From the NCBI GenBank assembly GCA_020343615.1, contig CP070803.1, positions 143,686-207,685 on the forward strand: DNA of 64,000 nt, read 5' to 3'. Shown piece after piece: positions 37,890-47,762 of this stretch. Under the pieces are notes generated by a model. It had not been told where the DNA came from, ran no database searches, and worked only from the letters and a program-made list of their open reading frames with translations. Origin of the DNA: Candidatus Woesearchaeota archaeon. Lineage in GTDB: Archaea > Nanobdellota > Nanobdellia > UBA10117 > GCA-020343615. Made by a program: the position numbers and the translations under genes. Position 1 is the stretch's first letter; each line of letters starts with the position of its first letter.

Positions 37890-38795
37890 TTAATTCTTTT
37901 TTTCTTTCGATAAGTCTAATAATTTTTGTCGTTTTTTTTCTTTTTTAGCCGCGTCTTTTTCTTTTTTCATTGATTCCTCAAGTGCGTCTTTAAAAACTGA
38001 TCTGTAATGTTCATATTGATCTTTAGGAAGTAATTCTTTCATCTTTTCAAGAAAAGGTTCTGGCTCAGCCACATCTGCTAATTTTTTTACTAATTCCTCA
38101 TATGTTCTTTTACGTATCCTTCTTTCTATTATATCTTTTTCTTCTTTTAAGGAAATAACATGCATTAAATCATCGCCTAAATCATAAAGCCCTTTTTCTA
38201 AATCTTTATACTCTTTATTTTTTATTCTTAATTTATCTCTCGCTGCTATAATTTCTTTTAATTGAGCTTCGGTTTGTGCATAGTCTAGTGCATATTCTAC
38301 TTTATCTTTTATATATGCAAAATCATCTCTAAGGTTATTAATATCCACCTGAGTATTTTCTATTCTTTCAGTTAGGCTCCTTATATATAGGTCTGCTTTT
38401 CTACGCTCATCTTTTACAAGTACGTTTACCTTTGCAATGGTAGTAGGAACGAGTCTATAGAATTCATATATATTCTCTCCAGTTAATTTGTTAACTTCAG
38501 TTAAGTTTTTACGTTTATCATAAACATTAAAAAACGTAAATATTTCATTACCATGCCTATCTAAAATGCTTATACCTTGTTCTGCAATAATATCTTTATC
38601 ATCATATTTCGCCGTTTTTATAAATGATTTAGCTTCCATAGGAAACATATGCCTTTCAATTCCTACTGGAAATTCTTCTTTAGTTGAGTCATCAGGACAG
38701 TCATAACGTAATATGGGAATTTCTATAACTGAATCATTAGGAAACTTATATGCTATACTTAGTGGTTTTTTACTTTTATTAGATTCACTTGCCAT
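37890..38795 (-). CDS. Hypothetical protein with a C-terminal coiled coil and K/E-rich tail
   Basis: Clean 301-aa ORF, convergent with rad50. No family recognised. Confidence 0.45.
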   Translation of the reverse strand: MASESNKSKKPLSIAYKFPNDSVIEIPILRYDCPDDSTKEEFPVGIERHMFPMEAKSFIKTAKYDDKDIIAEQGISILDRHGNEIFTFFNVYDKRKNLTEVNKLTGENIYEFYRLVPTTIAKVNVLVKDERRKADLYIRSLTERIENTQVDINNLRDDFAYIKDKVEYALDYAQTEAQLKEIIAARDKLRIKNKEYKDLEKGLYDLGDDLMHVISLKEEKDIIERRIRKRTYEELVKKLADVAEPEPFLEKMKELLPKDQYEHYRSVFKDALEESMKKEKDAAKKEKKRQKLLDLSKEKKN

Positions 38796-38874
38796 TTTAC
38801 TTCATTAATATGACCTTTTTTAGGTAACGAAATTATTTAAAAGGTATTTATAAATTTTACTATAAAAAGGGCTT

Positions 38875-38925
38875 TGCACATAAATACAATTCTGCACATA
38901 AATAGAAGTGAATTGCACATAAATT
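38875..38925. promoter_or_regulatory. Three direct repeats of TGCACATAAAT(A), spaced 18 and 21 nt, in the promoter region of the 37890..38795 gene
   Basis: Seen directly in the sequence: TGCACATAAATAcaattcTGCACATAAATAgaagtgaatTGCACATAAATTaac. Confidence 0.4.
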
Positions 38926-39032
38926 AACTACCAATAGTGATTTTTTTAGAATTAAATGAAGGTTAATTTTATATAAAAAGAATTAGAAAAAAGAGTACTA
39001 TATTATAAAAATTTAATCATTACTTACTATTC

Positions 39033-39263
39033 TTATACCTTGTCTAGTGCTTTTGTTATTTTTTTGATTAAATCTGCTTCCGCAGGTAAGGATACGTTTC
39101 TTTTCTTATATCGTTTATTTCCGTCAGGAAGGTAAAATCCTCTAGAAATAGATATAAATTCGTTTTCTCCTTCTTCTGTAACTGCTACTTTTCGAGCAAT
39201 TTCTATAAAGCTATTTCTTCCAAATTCGATTTCTTCTACTTTTTTGTCTTTGAATTCTACCAT
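39033..39263 (-). CDS. PC4-like (transcriptional coactivator p15-like) ssDNA-binding protein homolog
   Basis: A 76-aa protein with a pattern (FGRNSFIEIARKV....EFISISRGFYLPDGNKRYKKRNVSLP...DL) that matches the PC4 beta-beta-beta-beta-alpha fold signature. Confidence 0.5.
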   Translation of the reverse strand: MVEFKDKKVEEIEFGRNSFIEIARKVAVTEEGENEFISISRGFYLPDGNKRYKKRNVSLPAEADLIKKITKALDKV

Positions 39264-39368
39264 TTTTGGTACCTCTTGTGTTTGTGTGTAATTATTGCAT
39301 AATAGAAACTATTTATAAAGGTTTTGTATATGAAAAAATATATATTCAGTAAGGACTTGAGGTGAAAA

Positions 39369-41288
39369 ATGGTCAAATTTTACGTCACCACAGCCATTGA
39401 TTATGTAAATGCATCGCCACACATAGGTCATGCTTACCAAAAAATAGCTGCAGATATCTTAGCAAGGTATCATAAATTAAAAGGTGATCAGGTATTCTTC
39501 CTTACAGGAACAGACGAGCATGGTTCTAAAATCCTAAAATCAGCTAACCAGCAGAATATTCCGGTTAAAAAATTCGTGGATAAGCTAGCTATACAGTTCA
39601 AAAATGCATGGAAATTCTTGGACATAGATATGGATCGTTTTATTAGAACAACTGATGCAGATCATGAAAAAGCTGTCCAGGAGTTCATAAAATTAGTGAA
39701 TAAAAAAGGGGATATCTATAAGAGCGAATATGAAGGCTTATACTGTGAGGGTTGTGAAAGATACCTAACTGAGAGGGATCTAGTTGACGGAAAATGTCCT
39801 TTTCATAATATAGAACCTCAAATTCTAAAAGAAGAAGCTTATTTTTTCAAACTTTCTAAATATCAAAATAAGTTATTAGAGCTCTATAAAAAGCATCCAG
39901 AGTATATTTCTCCTAAACAAAGAAGGCAGGAAGTAATAAACCGGGTTAAAGAAGGACTTAAAGACTTATGTATCACTAGAACTAGTTTTAAGTGGGGCAT
40001 TCCGTTCCCTCTTGAAAAAGGTCATATAATTTATGTTTGGTATGAAGCGCTATTGAATTATATAACTGGAATTGGTTGGCCTAATAAAAAATATGAGAAG
40101 TTTTGGCCTGCAGATGTAGAGTTATTAGGCAAGGATAACGCATGGTTCCATTGTGTAATCTGGCCAGCAATGTTAATGTCTGCTGGAATAAAGCCTGCTA
40201 AGAAGATATTTGTTCATGGTTTTTTGACATTTAATGGTCAGAAGATATCTAAAAGTTTAGGTAATGTGATAAGTCCAGAATATCTTGTAAAGAGGTATGG
40301 TTCTGATGCTGTTAGATATTTTTCAATGAGGGACGTTGCTTTTGGAGAAGATGGTGATTTCTCGGAAAAGAGTTTAGTTGAGAGATACAATACTGAGCTG
40401 GCAAATGAACTTGGAAACCTACTAAGTAGATCCATTACCATGATAGAAAAATACGCTAATAAGACGGTTCCTAGAGGAACCTTTGATAAGAAATTGGAGA
40501 CTCTCTCTAAAAAAACAATAAAAAGCGTTGAAAAAAATATGAATGATCTAGAATTCCATGTAGCTCTTAAGAACACATGGAAATTTATTAGTGAAACTAA
40601 TAAACACATTCAGGATAAAAAACCATGGGAAAAGCCTAAGAATTTGAATGATATCCTATATACTATTGCTGAATCTCTAAGGATTATTTCATATTTAACA
40701 TACCCATTTATTCCAAAAGCCAGCAAGGAAATAGCAAAACAATTAGGAATCAAAGACGTTACTAGAAAGATTAAACCTGGAACTAAAGTAAAGAGAGGGG
40801 GTATTTTATTCAAAAAGATAGAATACGCTGCAGAGGATCCTTTCTCTAAATTAGACTTAAAAGTTGCTGAAATTAAAAAGGTTGAAGACATAGCTGGTGC
40901 TGATAAATTATTAAAATTAAAGCTAAATGATAGACAAATCGTAGCAGGGATAAAGCAATATTACTCAAAAAAAGAGCTATTGGGTAAGAAAATTGTTATT
41001 GTTGCTAACTTAAAACCTGCTAAGTTATGCGGGGAGCTTTCTCAAGGAATGTTACTAGCTGCTGAGAAAAAAGGTAAAGTTGAGCTTATATTCACTAGAG
41101 CTAGGGTTGGTGAAGATATTATTGCAGAGAACTTAGATAAAAAACCTGAAAAGGAGATTAAATTCGAGGACTTTATGAAAATTAAAATAAGAACAAATAA
41201 TGACGGGTATGTTGTTTATGGTAAAAAAAGACTAAAAGCTGGAAAAGAATGTTTAAAAGTTACGTTAAAAAATGCAAAAGTAAGATGA
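39369..41288 (+). CDS. metG: Methionyl-tRNA synthetase with a C-terminal tRNA-binding (EMAP/Trbp111-like) domain
   Basis: HIGH motif (ASPHIGHAY), CxxC...CPFH zinc knuckle, KMSKS motif (KISKSLGN), and a C-terminal OB-fold (LKVAEIKKVEDIAGADKLLKLKL). Confidence 0.9.
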   Translation: MVKFYVTTAIDYVNASPHIGHAYQKIAADILARYHKLKGDQVFFLTGTDEHGSKILKSANQQNIPVKKFVDKLAIQFKNAWKFLDIDMDRFIRTTDADHEKAVQEFIKLVNKKGDIYKSEYEGLYCEGCERYLTERDLVDGKCPFHNIEPQILKEEAYFFKLSKYQNKLLELYKKHPEYISPKQRRQEVINRVKEGLKDLCITRTSFKWGIPFPLEKGHIIYVWYEALLNYITGIGWPNKKYEKFWPADVELLGKDNAWFHCVIWPAMLMSAGIKPAKKIFVHGFLTFNGQKISKSLGNVISPEYLVKRYGSDAVRYFSMRDVAFGEDGDFSEKSLVERYNTELANELGNLLSRSITMIEKYANKTVPRGTFDKKLETLSKKTIKSVEKNMNDLEFHVALKNTWKFISETNKHIQDKKPWEKPKNLNDILYTIAESLRIISYLTYPFIPKASKEIAKQLGIKDVTRKIKPGTKVKRGGILFKKIEYAAEDPFSKLDLKVAEIKKVEDIAGADKLLKLKLNDRQIVAGIKQYYSKKELLGKKIVIVANLKPAKLCGELSQGMLLAAEKKGKVELIFTRARVGEDIIAENLDKKPEKEIKFEDFMKIKIRTNNDGYVVYGKKRLKAGKECLKVTLKNAKVR

Positions 41289-42538
41289 GTAAAATAAAGA
41301 ATTCTTCATTAGCTGAAAAGGGAAGACTAAAGATAGACTGGGCTGAATCAAGAATGCCTGTTATGATAACTCTAAGAGAAAAATACTCAAAAACTAAACC
41401 TCTTAGCGGACAGAGAATAGCTGGCTGTCTTCATGTTACAAAGGAAACTGCAGTTTTGGTTAAAACTTTAGTTGCTGCTGGTGCTAAAGTTTATTGGAGT
41501 GGTTGTAACCCTCTGAGTACTCAGGATGACGTTGCTGCAGCTCTTGCAGAAGAAGAAGGTGTAGAAATATATGCTTGGCATGGGCAAAATACAGAAGAAT
41601 TCTACTGGTCAATAGAACAAACAATTAAAGCTAAACCTACTTTAACTTTAGACGACGGCGCTGATCTAATATTTACTTTACATAGCAAGCATCCAGAGCT
41701 GGCTAAAGAAGTTCTTGGTGGAACTGAAGAAACAACTACAGGAGTGCACAGATTACGAGCCATGGGTAAGGACGGAAAATTAAAGTATCCTATTATCGCT
41801 GTAAATGATGCTGAGACTAAGTGGGATTTTGATAATGTTTACGGTACTGGACAAAGTTCTATTGATGGAATACTAAGAGCCACTTCTGTACTATTAGCTG
41901 GAAAGAATTTTGTTGTTGCAGGCTACGGACATTGTGGTAGAGGAACTGCTATGCGAGCAAAAGGTATGGGTGCTAATGTAGTAATTACAGAGGTGAATCC
42001 CATTCATGCCTTAAAGGCGACCTTGGAGGGATTTAGAGTTATGAAAATGGATGAGGCTGCTAGGATTGGGGATATATTCATAACAGCAACTGGTATGAAG
42101 GATATTATTGTTAGTAGACACTTTAAGTCAATGAAGGACGGGGCTATTGTTTGTAATACTGGGCATTATGATTGTGAAATCAAGATAGGTGATCTTGAAA
42201 ATTTAAAGGAAGGTAAAAGAGAAATAAGAGCTGACAATGAAGAATACACTCTAAAAGATGGAAAAAGGATATATCTTCTTGCTAAGGGACGATTGATAAA
42301 CCTAGCATCTGCTGAAGGTCATCCTTCAGAAGTCATGGATATGAGCTTTGCTAATCAATTTTTATCCATGATTAGACTTTCAAAGGAAGGTAAAAACATG
42401 GATAATAATGTATACGATGTATCTGAGGAGCAGGATGCTGAAATAGCTAAAATAAAATTAAAAACGCAGGACATTGATATTGATAAGCTAACTAAAGATC
42501 AAAAGAAATACATTAATGATTATTCAGCAGGGACTTAA
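41285..42538 (+). CDS. ahcY: S-adenosyl-L-homocysteine hydrolase
   Basis: GCLHVTKETAVL, the Rossmann NAD motif (VAGYGHCGRG), and a conserved C-terminus. Start placed at ATG 41285, overlapping the metG stop. Confidence 0.9.
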   Translation: MSKIKNSSLAEKGRLKIDWAESRMPVMITLREKYSKTKPLSGQRIAGCLHVTKETAVLVKTLVAAGAKVYWSGCNPLSTQDDVAAALAEEEGVEIYAWHGQNTEEFYWSIEQTIKAKPTLTLDDGADLIFTLHSKHPELAKEVLGGTEETTTGVHRLRAMGKDGKLKYPIIAVNDAETKWDFDNVYGTGQSSIDGILRATSVLLAGKNFVVAGYGHCGRGTAMRAKGMGANVVITEVNPIHALKATLEGFRVMKMDEAARIGDIFITATGMKDIIVSRHFKSMKDGAIVCNTGHYDCEIKIGDLENLKEGKREIRADNEEYTLKDGKRIYLLAKGRLINLASAEGHPSEVMDMSFANQFLSMIRLSKEGKNMDNNVYDVSEEQDAEIAKIKLKTQDIDIDKLTKDQKKYINDYSAGT

Positions 42539-43390
42539 ATGGAACTTTGGTTAATACTTGCAATCTTAGCTTTTACTTCGTATGCTACTTCTATTTCAAT
42601 TGATAAATACTTAATGAGTCACAAATACGGAATACTTAGAACTAATACTCTAAAAATGTTCTTTGATGGAGCCATACTATTAATAATTGGTCTGTTATTT
42701 TTTGATTTGAATTTTAGTTCTAATGTGCTTTTTTGGTCCATACCTTTAGGGATTATATACAGTCTTGCTGGTATCGTTTATTTTACTGCTCTAAAATTAA
42801 AAGATGTAGAACAAGTAATTCCTACTTGGCAATCTTTAGGTATATTATTGCTCTTTATTTTTTCTATTATTATATTCAATGAATTCGTTACCTTGTTTAA
42901 TTACTTAGGTGTTGCGTTAATACTTGTAGGTGTTTATATGATATTATCTAAAACTGGATTTCAAATGCCTGTCTTGGATAAAGGATTTTGTATTATCCTA
43001 GCTGTTGTTTTTCTTGATGTTACTTACGCATTATTAGTAAAGTATTTAGTATCTAGTATATCTCCAATAACTCTAGCAATAATGATGTATTTTGTTGCTA
43101 CATTAGTTTTAGTTGTTTATAACTTCTCTTTCAATAAAAAGGTAAAGATTATAGATTCTACATCAAAGACTCTAAAGATTCTTGTTGCTGCCTTTTTTGG
43201 AGCTATGGGAACCTTATTAATTTATTCTGCTTTATCTATAGGAAATGCTTCTAAAATCTATCCAATCTCTGGATTACAGTGTGTATTTATATTTATTATA
43301 GCATCAATATTCTTAAAGGAAAAATTCTATTTGCATAGGTTAGCAGGAACAATAGCAGTTGTTTTCGGTATTTTCCTTGTTTCAATCTAA
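42539..43390 (+). CDS. EamA/DMT-family membrane transporter
   Basis: About 10 TM helices arranged as two repeated 5-TM halves. Confidence 0.65.
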   Translation: MELWLILAILAFTSYATSISIDKYLMSHKYGILRTNTLKMFFDGAILLIIGLLFFDLNFSSNVLFWSIPLGIIYSLAGIVYFTALKLKDVEQVIPTWQSLGILLLFIFSIIIFNEFVTLFNYLGVALILVGVYMILSKTGFQMPVLDKGFCIILAVVFLDVTYALLVKYLVSSISPITLAIMMYFVATLVLVVYNFSFNKKVKIIDSTSKTLKILVAAFFGAMGTLLIYSALSIGNASKIYPISGLQCVFIFIIASIFLKEKFYLHRLAGTIAVVFGIFLVSI

Positions 43391-44497
43391 TTATTTATTA
43401 TATAACTTTCTTATTGCTCTTTCATTAGGTTTACAAACTCCTTTATCTGTTATTAAACCTGTTATAAGATAAGGCGGAGTTACGTCAAAAGCATAATTTG
43501 CAGCTTTAGCATTTTTTGGAGTTAAAAGAACTTTGGTGTATTTTCCTACTGATTCGTCCCATCCTCTTGCGTATTTGACTTCTTCACCGCCTCTTTCTTC
43601 AATAATTATTTCTTTAGGTGTTCTTCTTTTCCAATCAAATGTTGAAGAAGGTAATGCTACATAAAACGGAACATTGTTATCTTTTGCTGCTAGTGCTTTT
43701 AAGTATGTACCAATCTTATTAGCAACATAACCTGTGTATAGTGTTCTATCTGTACCTACAATAACTATATCTACTAATTCTTTTTGCATTAAGTGTCCGC
43801 CAGTATTATCTGCAACAAGAGTATACGAAATATTATTATGTTCGAATTCCCATGCTGTTAATCTAGCTCCTTGATTCCTGGGTCCAGTTACATCTACATA
43901 AACGTGTACTGCAATTCCTGCTTCCTGAGCAGCATAGATTGGTGCTGTAGCAGAACCATAATCAACAAAAGCAAGCCATCCAGCATTGCAATGTGTAAGA
44001 ATATTAACCAGTTTTCCCTTTTTTTCCTCACTTATTTTTTTAATTATATCTAATCCATGTTGACCAATGCTTTTACAAAATTCTGCATCTTCATCAGCAA
44101 TAGCGGTAGCCTCTTTAAATGCCTCTTCCTGTGCTTCTTTTAAAGAAACTCGCTTAAGGGATTCAAGCATTCTATCCACAGCCCATTTAAGATTAACTGC
44201 TGTTGGTCTTGTTGCAATTAATTGTTGTGCAGCATTGTTTAAATATTCAGTAAATTCTCCAGGATTGGTTTTTGGTGCTTTCAAAACAGCTATATACATA
44301 GCATACCCTGCTGTTGCTCCAATTAAGCCTGCACCTCTAACGTGCATATCTTTAATAGCAGTTGCAAAATCATCAACAGTTTTAAGATCTTCAATTATAA
44401 TTTTATGTGGTAACCATCTTTGATCTATTATTTTTATAATTTCATTGTTATCTGGATCCGGCCAAATAGTCCTACAGGTCTTTCCATTTACTATCAT
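43391..44497 (-). CDS. eIF-2B alpha/beta/delta-family protein (methylthioribose-1-phosphate isomerase / ribose-1,5-bisphosphate isomerase type)
   Basis: Family-typical segments (RGAGLIGATAGYAMYIA; VVGTDR; TPPYLITGLITDKG). Start placed at the MIVNGK Met. Confidence 0.7.
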   Translation of the reverse strand: MIVNGKTCRTIWPDPDNNEIIKIIDQRWLPHKIIIEDLKTVDDFATAIKDMHVRGAGLIGATAGYAMYIAVLKAPKTNPGEFTEYLNNAAQQLIATRPTAVNLKWAVDRMLESLKRVSLKEAQEEAFKEATAIADEDAEFCKSIGQHGLDIIKKISEEKKGKLVNILTHCNAGWLAFVDYGSATAPIYAAQEAGIAVHVYVDVTGPRNQGARLTAWEFEHNNISYTLVADNTGGHLMQKELVDIVIVGTDRTLYTGYVANKIGTYLKALAAKDNNVPFYVALPSSTFDWKRRTPKEIIIEERGGEEVKYARGWDESVGKYTKVLLTPKNAKAANYAFDVTPPYLITGLITDKGVCKPNERAIRKLYNK

Positions 44498-44594
44498 CTT
44501 GGTTCTTCTAAAATGGTAAAAAGTTAAAAAAGTTTGTATGCTGGCCACGTATCGAACGGAAAAGCTTATAGAGATTTCATTTTCAATAAATAAT

Positions 44595-45164
44595 ATGGCA
44601 AAACGATTCCATCATTTCAAAGGTAATGAATTATCCCGTTCTGAGAAGATTGAAAGAAAAGTAATCCAGATGCTTTTAGATAGCAATCTTCCAGACTCTA
44701 AAAGAGATAGTTCTATTATATGGGAAATAAAACACATTAGTGGTTGTATATCTCTTGGTAGGATACTTGCCTTAAAGCGTAATTTGGACCTTGAAATTTG
44801 TGACATAATCTCGTCTTTACATGACTCTTCCTTAATCGTAAGTGGGTCTTACAAAGAACACGCTAAGAAGAGCGCGGATGTTGCAAAGAAAATCCTGCAA
44901 GAATCTGGAGAGTTCACCAATAAAGAAATCCAATTAATTATAACAGCAATAGCTAATCATAGCGCAAAGAACCAAATAGACGATCCTTACTCTGAATTCA
45001 TTAAAGATGTAGATGTACTTGATTGTTCATTATACCAGAATTCATTAGATGAATATACTTTAACGAAGTCACCAGATATGCTTAAGGCTTATGAGAATCG
45101 TCTTAAAAATGTAAGGAAAGAGTTAGGTTTACCAGTTGATAATCCATGGAGAGGATCAGAGTAG
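44595..45164 (+). CDS. HD-domain phosphohydrolase
   Basis: H...HD...D arrangement (IKHISGCISLGRILA; SLHDSSL; DVDVLD). Confidence 0.55.
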   Translation: MAKRFHHFKGNELSRSEKIERKVIQMLLDSNLPDSKRDSSIIWEIKHISGCISLGRILALKRNLDLEICDIISSLHDSSLIVSGSYKEHAKKSADVAKKILQESGEFTNKEIQLIITAIANHSAKNQIDDPYSEFIKDVDVLDCSLYQNSLDEYTLTKSPDMLKAYENRLKNVRKELGLPVDNPWRGSE

Positions 45165-46523
45165 TTATTTTAATTTTTTAATAATGCCTTTATCTGCATC
45201 TACACTAATTAAATCGCCATTCTTTAACACTTTAGTAGCTTTTTCAGTGCCAACTACGCAAGGGATATTCATCTCTCTCGCAACTATGGCTGCATGGCTT
45301 AAGGCTCCACCTTCGTCTGTAACTATTGCAGCAGCCTTTTGCATGGCAATCACATAATCTGGATGAGTTATAACTGCTACTAGTATATCTCCGTTATTCA
45401 CTTTAGAAATATCATGAATGGTTCTAACAATCTTAACAGGTCCTGTTGCTTGGCCCTTACAACCGATTGTACCTTTTAATTCAACAGGTAACTCTTCAGT
45501 TTCTATACCTATCCTCTTGAGATCTGCGTCAACATTACCTTCCTTACATATTATCTCACTATTTTTAGAGTATAGTAAAAATCCTTTACGACGCTCTGCT
45601 ATTTTTGACTTTGGTATTATTTTACTGTCTAAAAATTCAATTATTTCATTTTCAGTTAAATAAGCAACTTCTTTCAGAGTTACGTCTGCACGCTTACCAA
45701 TTTCCTTAAATAGCTCCTGAGCATAGAATATTGCTTGTCTTCGATAGTCATCACGTGCGTCCCGTATATATGCTAACTCGCGGATCATATCAAACATATC
45801 TCGTTTAGCCTCTAATCCTGCGCTAGCTAGTGCTTTGTCAAAAGGTAGATATGTTAGTTCTACTTGTTTGGCACTACGTACAATCTCTTCTACATCCTTT
45901 AAGTTCCATGGTTCCTTGTGGATATCTAAACAAGGTAGCCATTTATATTCATCCCATAACTTTGTTACTGCTTCTTTATTTTTATAGTCAGTATTAGCAG
46001 CTTTTTCATTTAAAGTGATTACAGAGTTTTTCTTTATTGGTCGGAATAATGCTGCCCGTACCTTATCATCGATACCATCTACAAGTTTGTCTGCTTCCTT
46101 AAACCAATAGCCTGCAAGTACAAATGCTACAAAAGCACCAATACAAGAGTATTCAACAGCTATCTGTTGATATTGTGCATATCTCTCCTTAAGCTCCGAA
46201 TTACTAAGATTAGGCAGATCTAACTTAGAGAGGTTCTTAGCGTAATCTAAATATCTTGTTCCGAATTTATTGAATAGCTCTACGAATTCATCAAATTTTT
46301 TCTTGCTGCTTGTAAATTCATCAACACATGCAGAAATAAACTGATGCATGGCACTTTCTTCCATATAGCATACTTCGTTCATATTTTCAGGAACAAATAT
46401 AATATGCTGCTCAAAATTATATGGAAAAACGTTCTTTACTCGCGATCCGAGTGTCCTAATGGCTATTTCACAGTACTGTACGCTATATTCCCTTGCAAAC
46501 CAGCGAACCCACGTTTTAACCAT
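45165..46523 (-). CDS. Protein with a C-terminal PEP-utilising-enzyme mobile (phosphohistidine) domain; the roughly 330-aa N-terminal region is unassigned
   Basis: The C-terminus GDILVAVITHPDYVIAMQKAAAIVTDEGGALSHAAIVAREMNIPCVVG is the classic PEP-utilizer swivel domain of PEP synthase / PPDK / rifampin-phosphotransferase-like enzymes. Confidence 0.6.
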   Translation of the reverse strand: MVKTWVRWFAREYSVQYCEIAIRTLGSRVKNVFPYNFEQHIIFVPENMNEVCYMEESAMHQFISACVDEFTSSKKKFDEFVELFNKFGTRYLDYAKNLSKLDLPNLSNSELKERYAQYQQIAVEYSCIGAFVAFVLAGYWFKEADKLVDGIDDKVRAALFRPIKKNSVITLNEKAANTDYKNKEAVTKLWDEYKWLPCLDIHKEPWNLKDVEEIVRSAKQVELTYLPFDKALASAGLEAKRDMFDMIRELAYIRDARDDYRRQAIFYAQELFKEIGKRADVTLKEVAYLTENEIIEFLDSKIIPKSKIAERRKGFLLYSKNSEIICKEGNVDADLKRIGIETEELPVELKGTIGCKGQATGPVKIVRTIHDISKVNNGDILVAVITHPDYVIAMQKAAAIVTDEGGALSHAAIVAREMNIPCVVGTEKATKVLKNGDLISVDADKGIIKKLK

Positions 46524-46534
46524 TGTAAGACGAA

Positions 46535-46605
46535 TGCGGCTGCCGGGACTCGAACCCGGGTTACAAGCTTGGCAAGCTTGTGTCCTACCATTAGACTACA
46601 ACCGC
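46535..46605 (-). tRNA. tRNA-Gly(GCC)
   Basis: Hand-folded as acceptor GCGGTTG/CAGCCGC, anticodon arm CAAGC-TTGCCAA-GCTTG and T-arm CCGGG-TTCGAGT-CCCGG. Confidence 0.85.
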
Positions 46606-46695
46606 ATAAATTTTGATTTAAAAAATCACCTTATAAAGTTTTTCAATAAAAAAATAAGAAAAAGGGGGATAAGCACCTCCACCAAAAACGTTAAA

Positions 46696-46983
46696 CTAAA
46701 GGTGTTTTATACCTTTTTTCTTTACATTGGATTGCCAAATTGATCCAGGCATCCATCTTGGTCTATTACTTGGAGCGGACACTTTCTTTCTGGATCCTAC
46801 GTATATGTGTAGTTTCTTGGTTCCTCGTTCTCTTAGAATGATGTTTGTAAATCCTCTTGTTGCTGCCTTTAATGCAGCTGCTCTTGGTTGTTTTCCTGTA
46901 AATACGTGGTTTGTGTCTTTACCGTTCTTTTGAAATACAAAATATCTTTTATCTCCTTTCTTTTTTGCCATGGCATTCACCAC
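46696..46983 (-). CDS. Chromosomal protein MC1
   Basis: FTGKQPRAAALKAATRGFTNIILRERGTKKLHIYVG...NRPRWMP closely matches the Methanosarcina MC1 architectural protein. The true start is probably the Met at 46971. Confidence 0.7.
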   Translation of the reverse strand: MVNAMAKKKGDKRYFVFQKNGKDTNHVFTGKQPRAAALKAATRGFTNIILRERGTKKLHIYVGSRKKVSAPSNRPRWMPGSIWQSNVKKKGIKHL

Positions 46984-47051
46984 GTGTCAAATAATCGCAC
47001 ACTGTCTTTATAAAAATTTCTATTTTGTAGAGTAGTATATTGAATTTTAAA

Positions 47052-47126
47052 TGGGGCCGGAGAGATTCGAACTCCCGTCGCCGGCTCCCAAAGCCGGAAG
47101 GATAAACCAAGCTACCCTACGGCCCC
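47052..47126 (-). tRNA. tRNA-Pro(TGG)
   Basis: Hand-folded as acceptor GGGGCCG/CGGCCCC, anticodon arm CCGGC-TTTGGGA-GCCGG and T-arm GGGAG-TTCGAAT-CTCTC. Confidence 0.8.
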
Positions 47127-47225
47127 AAATAAAGTTCTATACCGATAGCTTTAAAAACCTTTCACTGTAACCACCTGCGTCTAATTACTTAATTATTTAA
47201 ACATCCTTTAGTATTTTTATATGGA

Positions 47226-47480
47226 ATGGTTAAACATAATCTAAAGCATTATGAGTTAATGGGTCTTTTTCTATTATTTGTAGGAGCTACGTGGTTAGGC
47301 ATTGGTATATACGCTACTATTCTAGCGGCTAATAATGCCCTGTTCTGTCCGGTATTTGTCGGACAGGAGTTACTAATATTTCCATTGTTTTATGGTTTTG
47401 GTGCTGTTTTAATAGCACTTGGTAGAATTGAGTTAAAGGGGGTTTTACCTGGGAAAGGTAGGAGGCAAAATGGCAAATAA
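47226..47480 (+). CDS. Small membrane protein (hypothetical)
   Basis: Two hydrophobic helices and a basic C-terminus. Confidence 0.35.
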   Translation: MVKHNLKHYELMGLFLLFVGATWLGIGIYATILAANNALFCPVFVGQELLIFPLFYGFGAVLIALGRIELKGVLPGKGRRQNGK

Positions 47481-47625
47481 ATCAAAAGCTGATTTAATGA
47501 AGAAATTGAGAAAACAGCTAGCAGAAGAAAGAGAAGCTGAAATAGAATATGGTTTAAAAGAGCTTATACAGGGATTAATTTTAGGTTTTATTATCGGCTT
47601 TATAGTTGCTATGCAATTAGTATAA
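47470..47625 (+). CDS. Unlisted 51-aa tail-anchored protein (MANKSKADLMKKLRKQLAEEREAEIEYGLKELIQGLILGFIIGFIVAMQLV)
   Basis: Found by translation and is below the ORF-track cut-off. A charged N-terminus with a single C-terminal TM is reminiscent of small Sec-translocon accessory subunits, but the call is speculative. Confidence 0.3.
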   Translation: MANKSKADLMKKLRKQLAEEREAEIEYGLKELIQGLILGFIIGFIVAMQLV

Positions 47626-47683
47626 TTTTATCTTTTTTTAATTAGAAAGAGTTATAAAATAACTAGATTTATCTATTTTTGTT

Positions 47684-47758
47684 GGGCCCGTAGCTCAGTC
47701 TGGCCAGAGCACTTGGCTCTTAACCAAGGAGTCGCGGGTTCGAATCCCGTCGGGCCCA
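47684..47758 (+). tRNA. tRNA-Lys(CTT)
   Basis: Hand-folded as acceptor GGGCCCG/CGGGCCC, anticodon arm CTTGG-CTCTTAA-CCAAG and T-arm GCGGG-TTCGAAT-CCCGT. Confidence 0.9.
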
Positions 47759-47762
47759 CTCC

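Noticed and set aside
46344-46743. Plus-strand ORFs (46344..46616, 46459..46743) across tRNA-Gly and the MC1 gene region
   Set aside because: They overlap a tRNA and a supported CDS on the other strand, with no coding signal.
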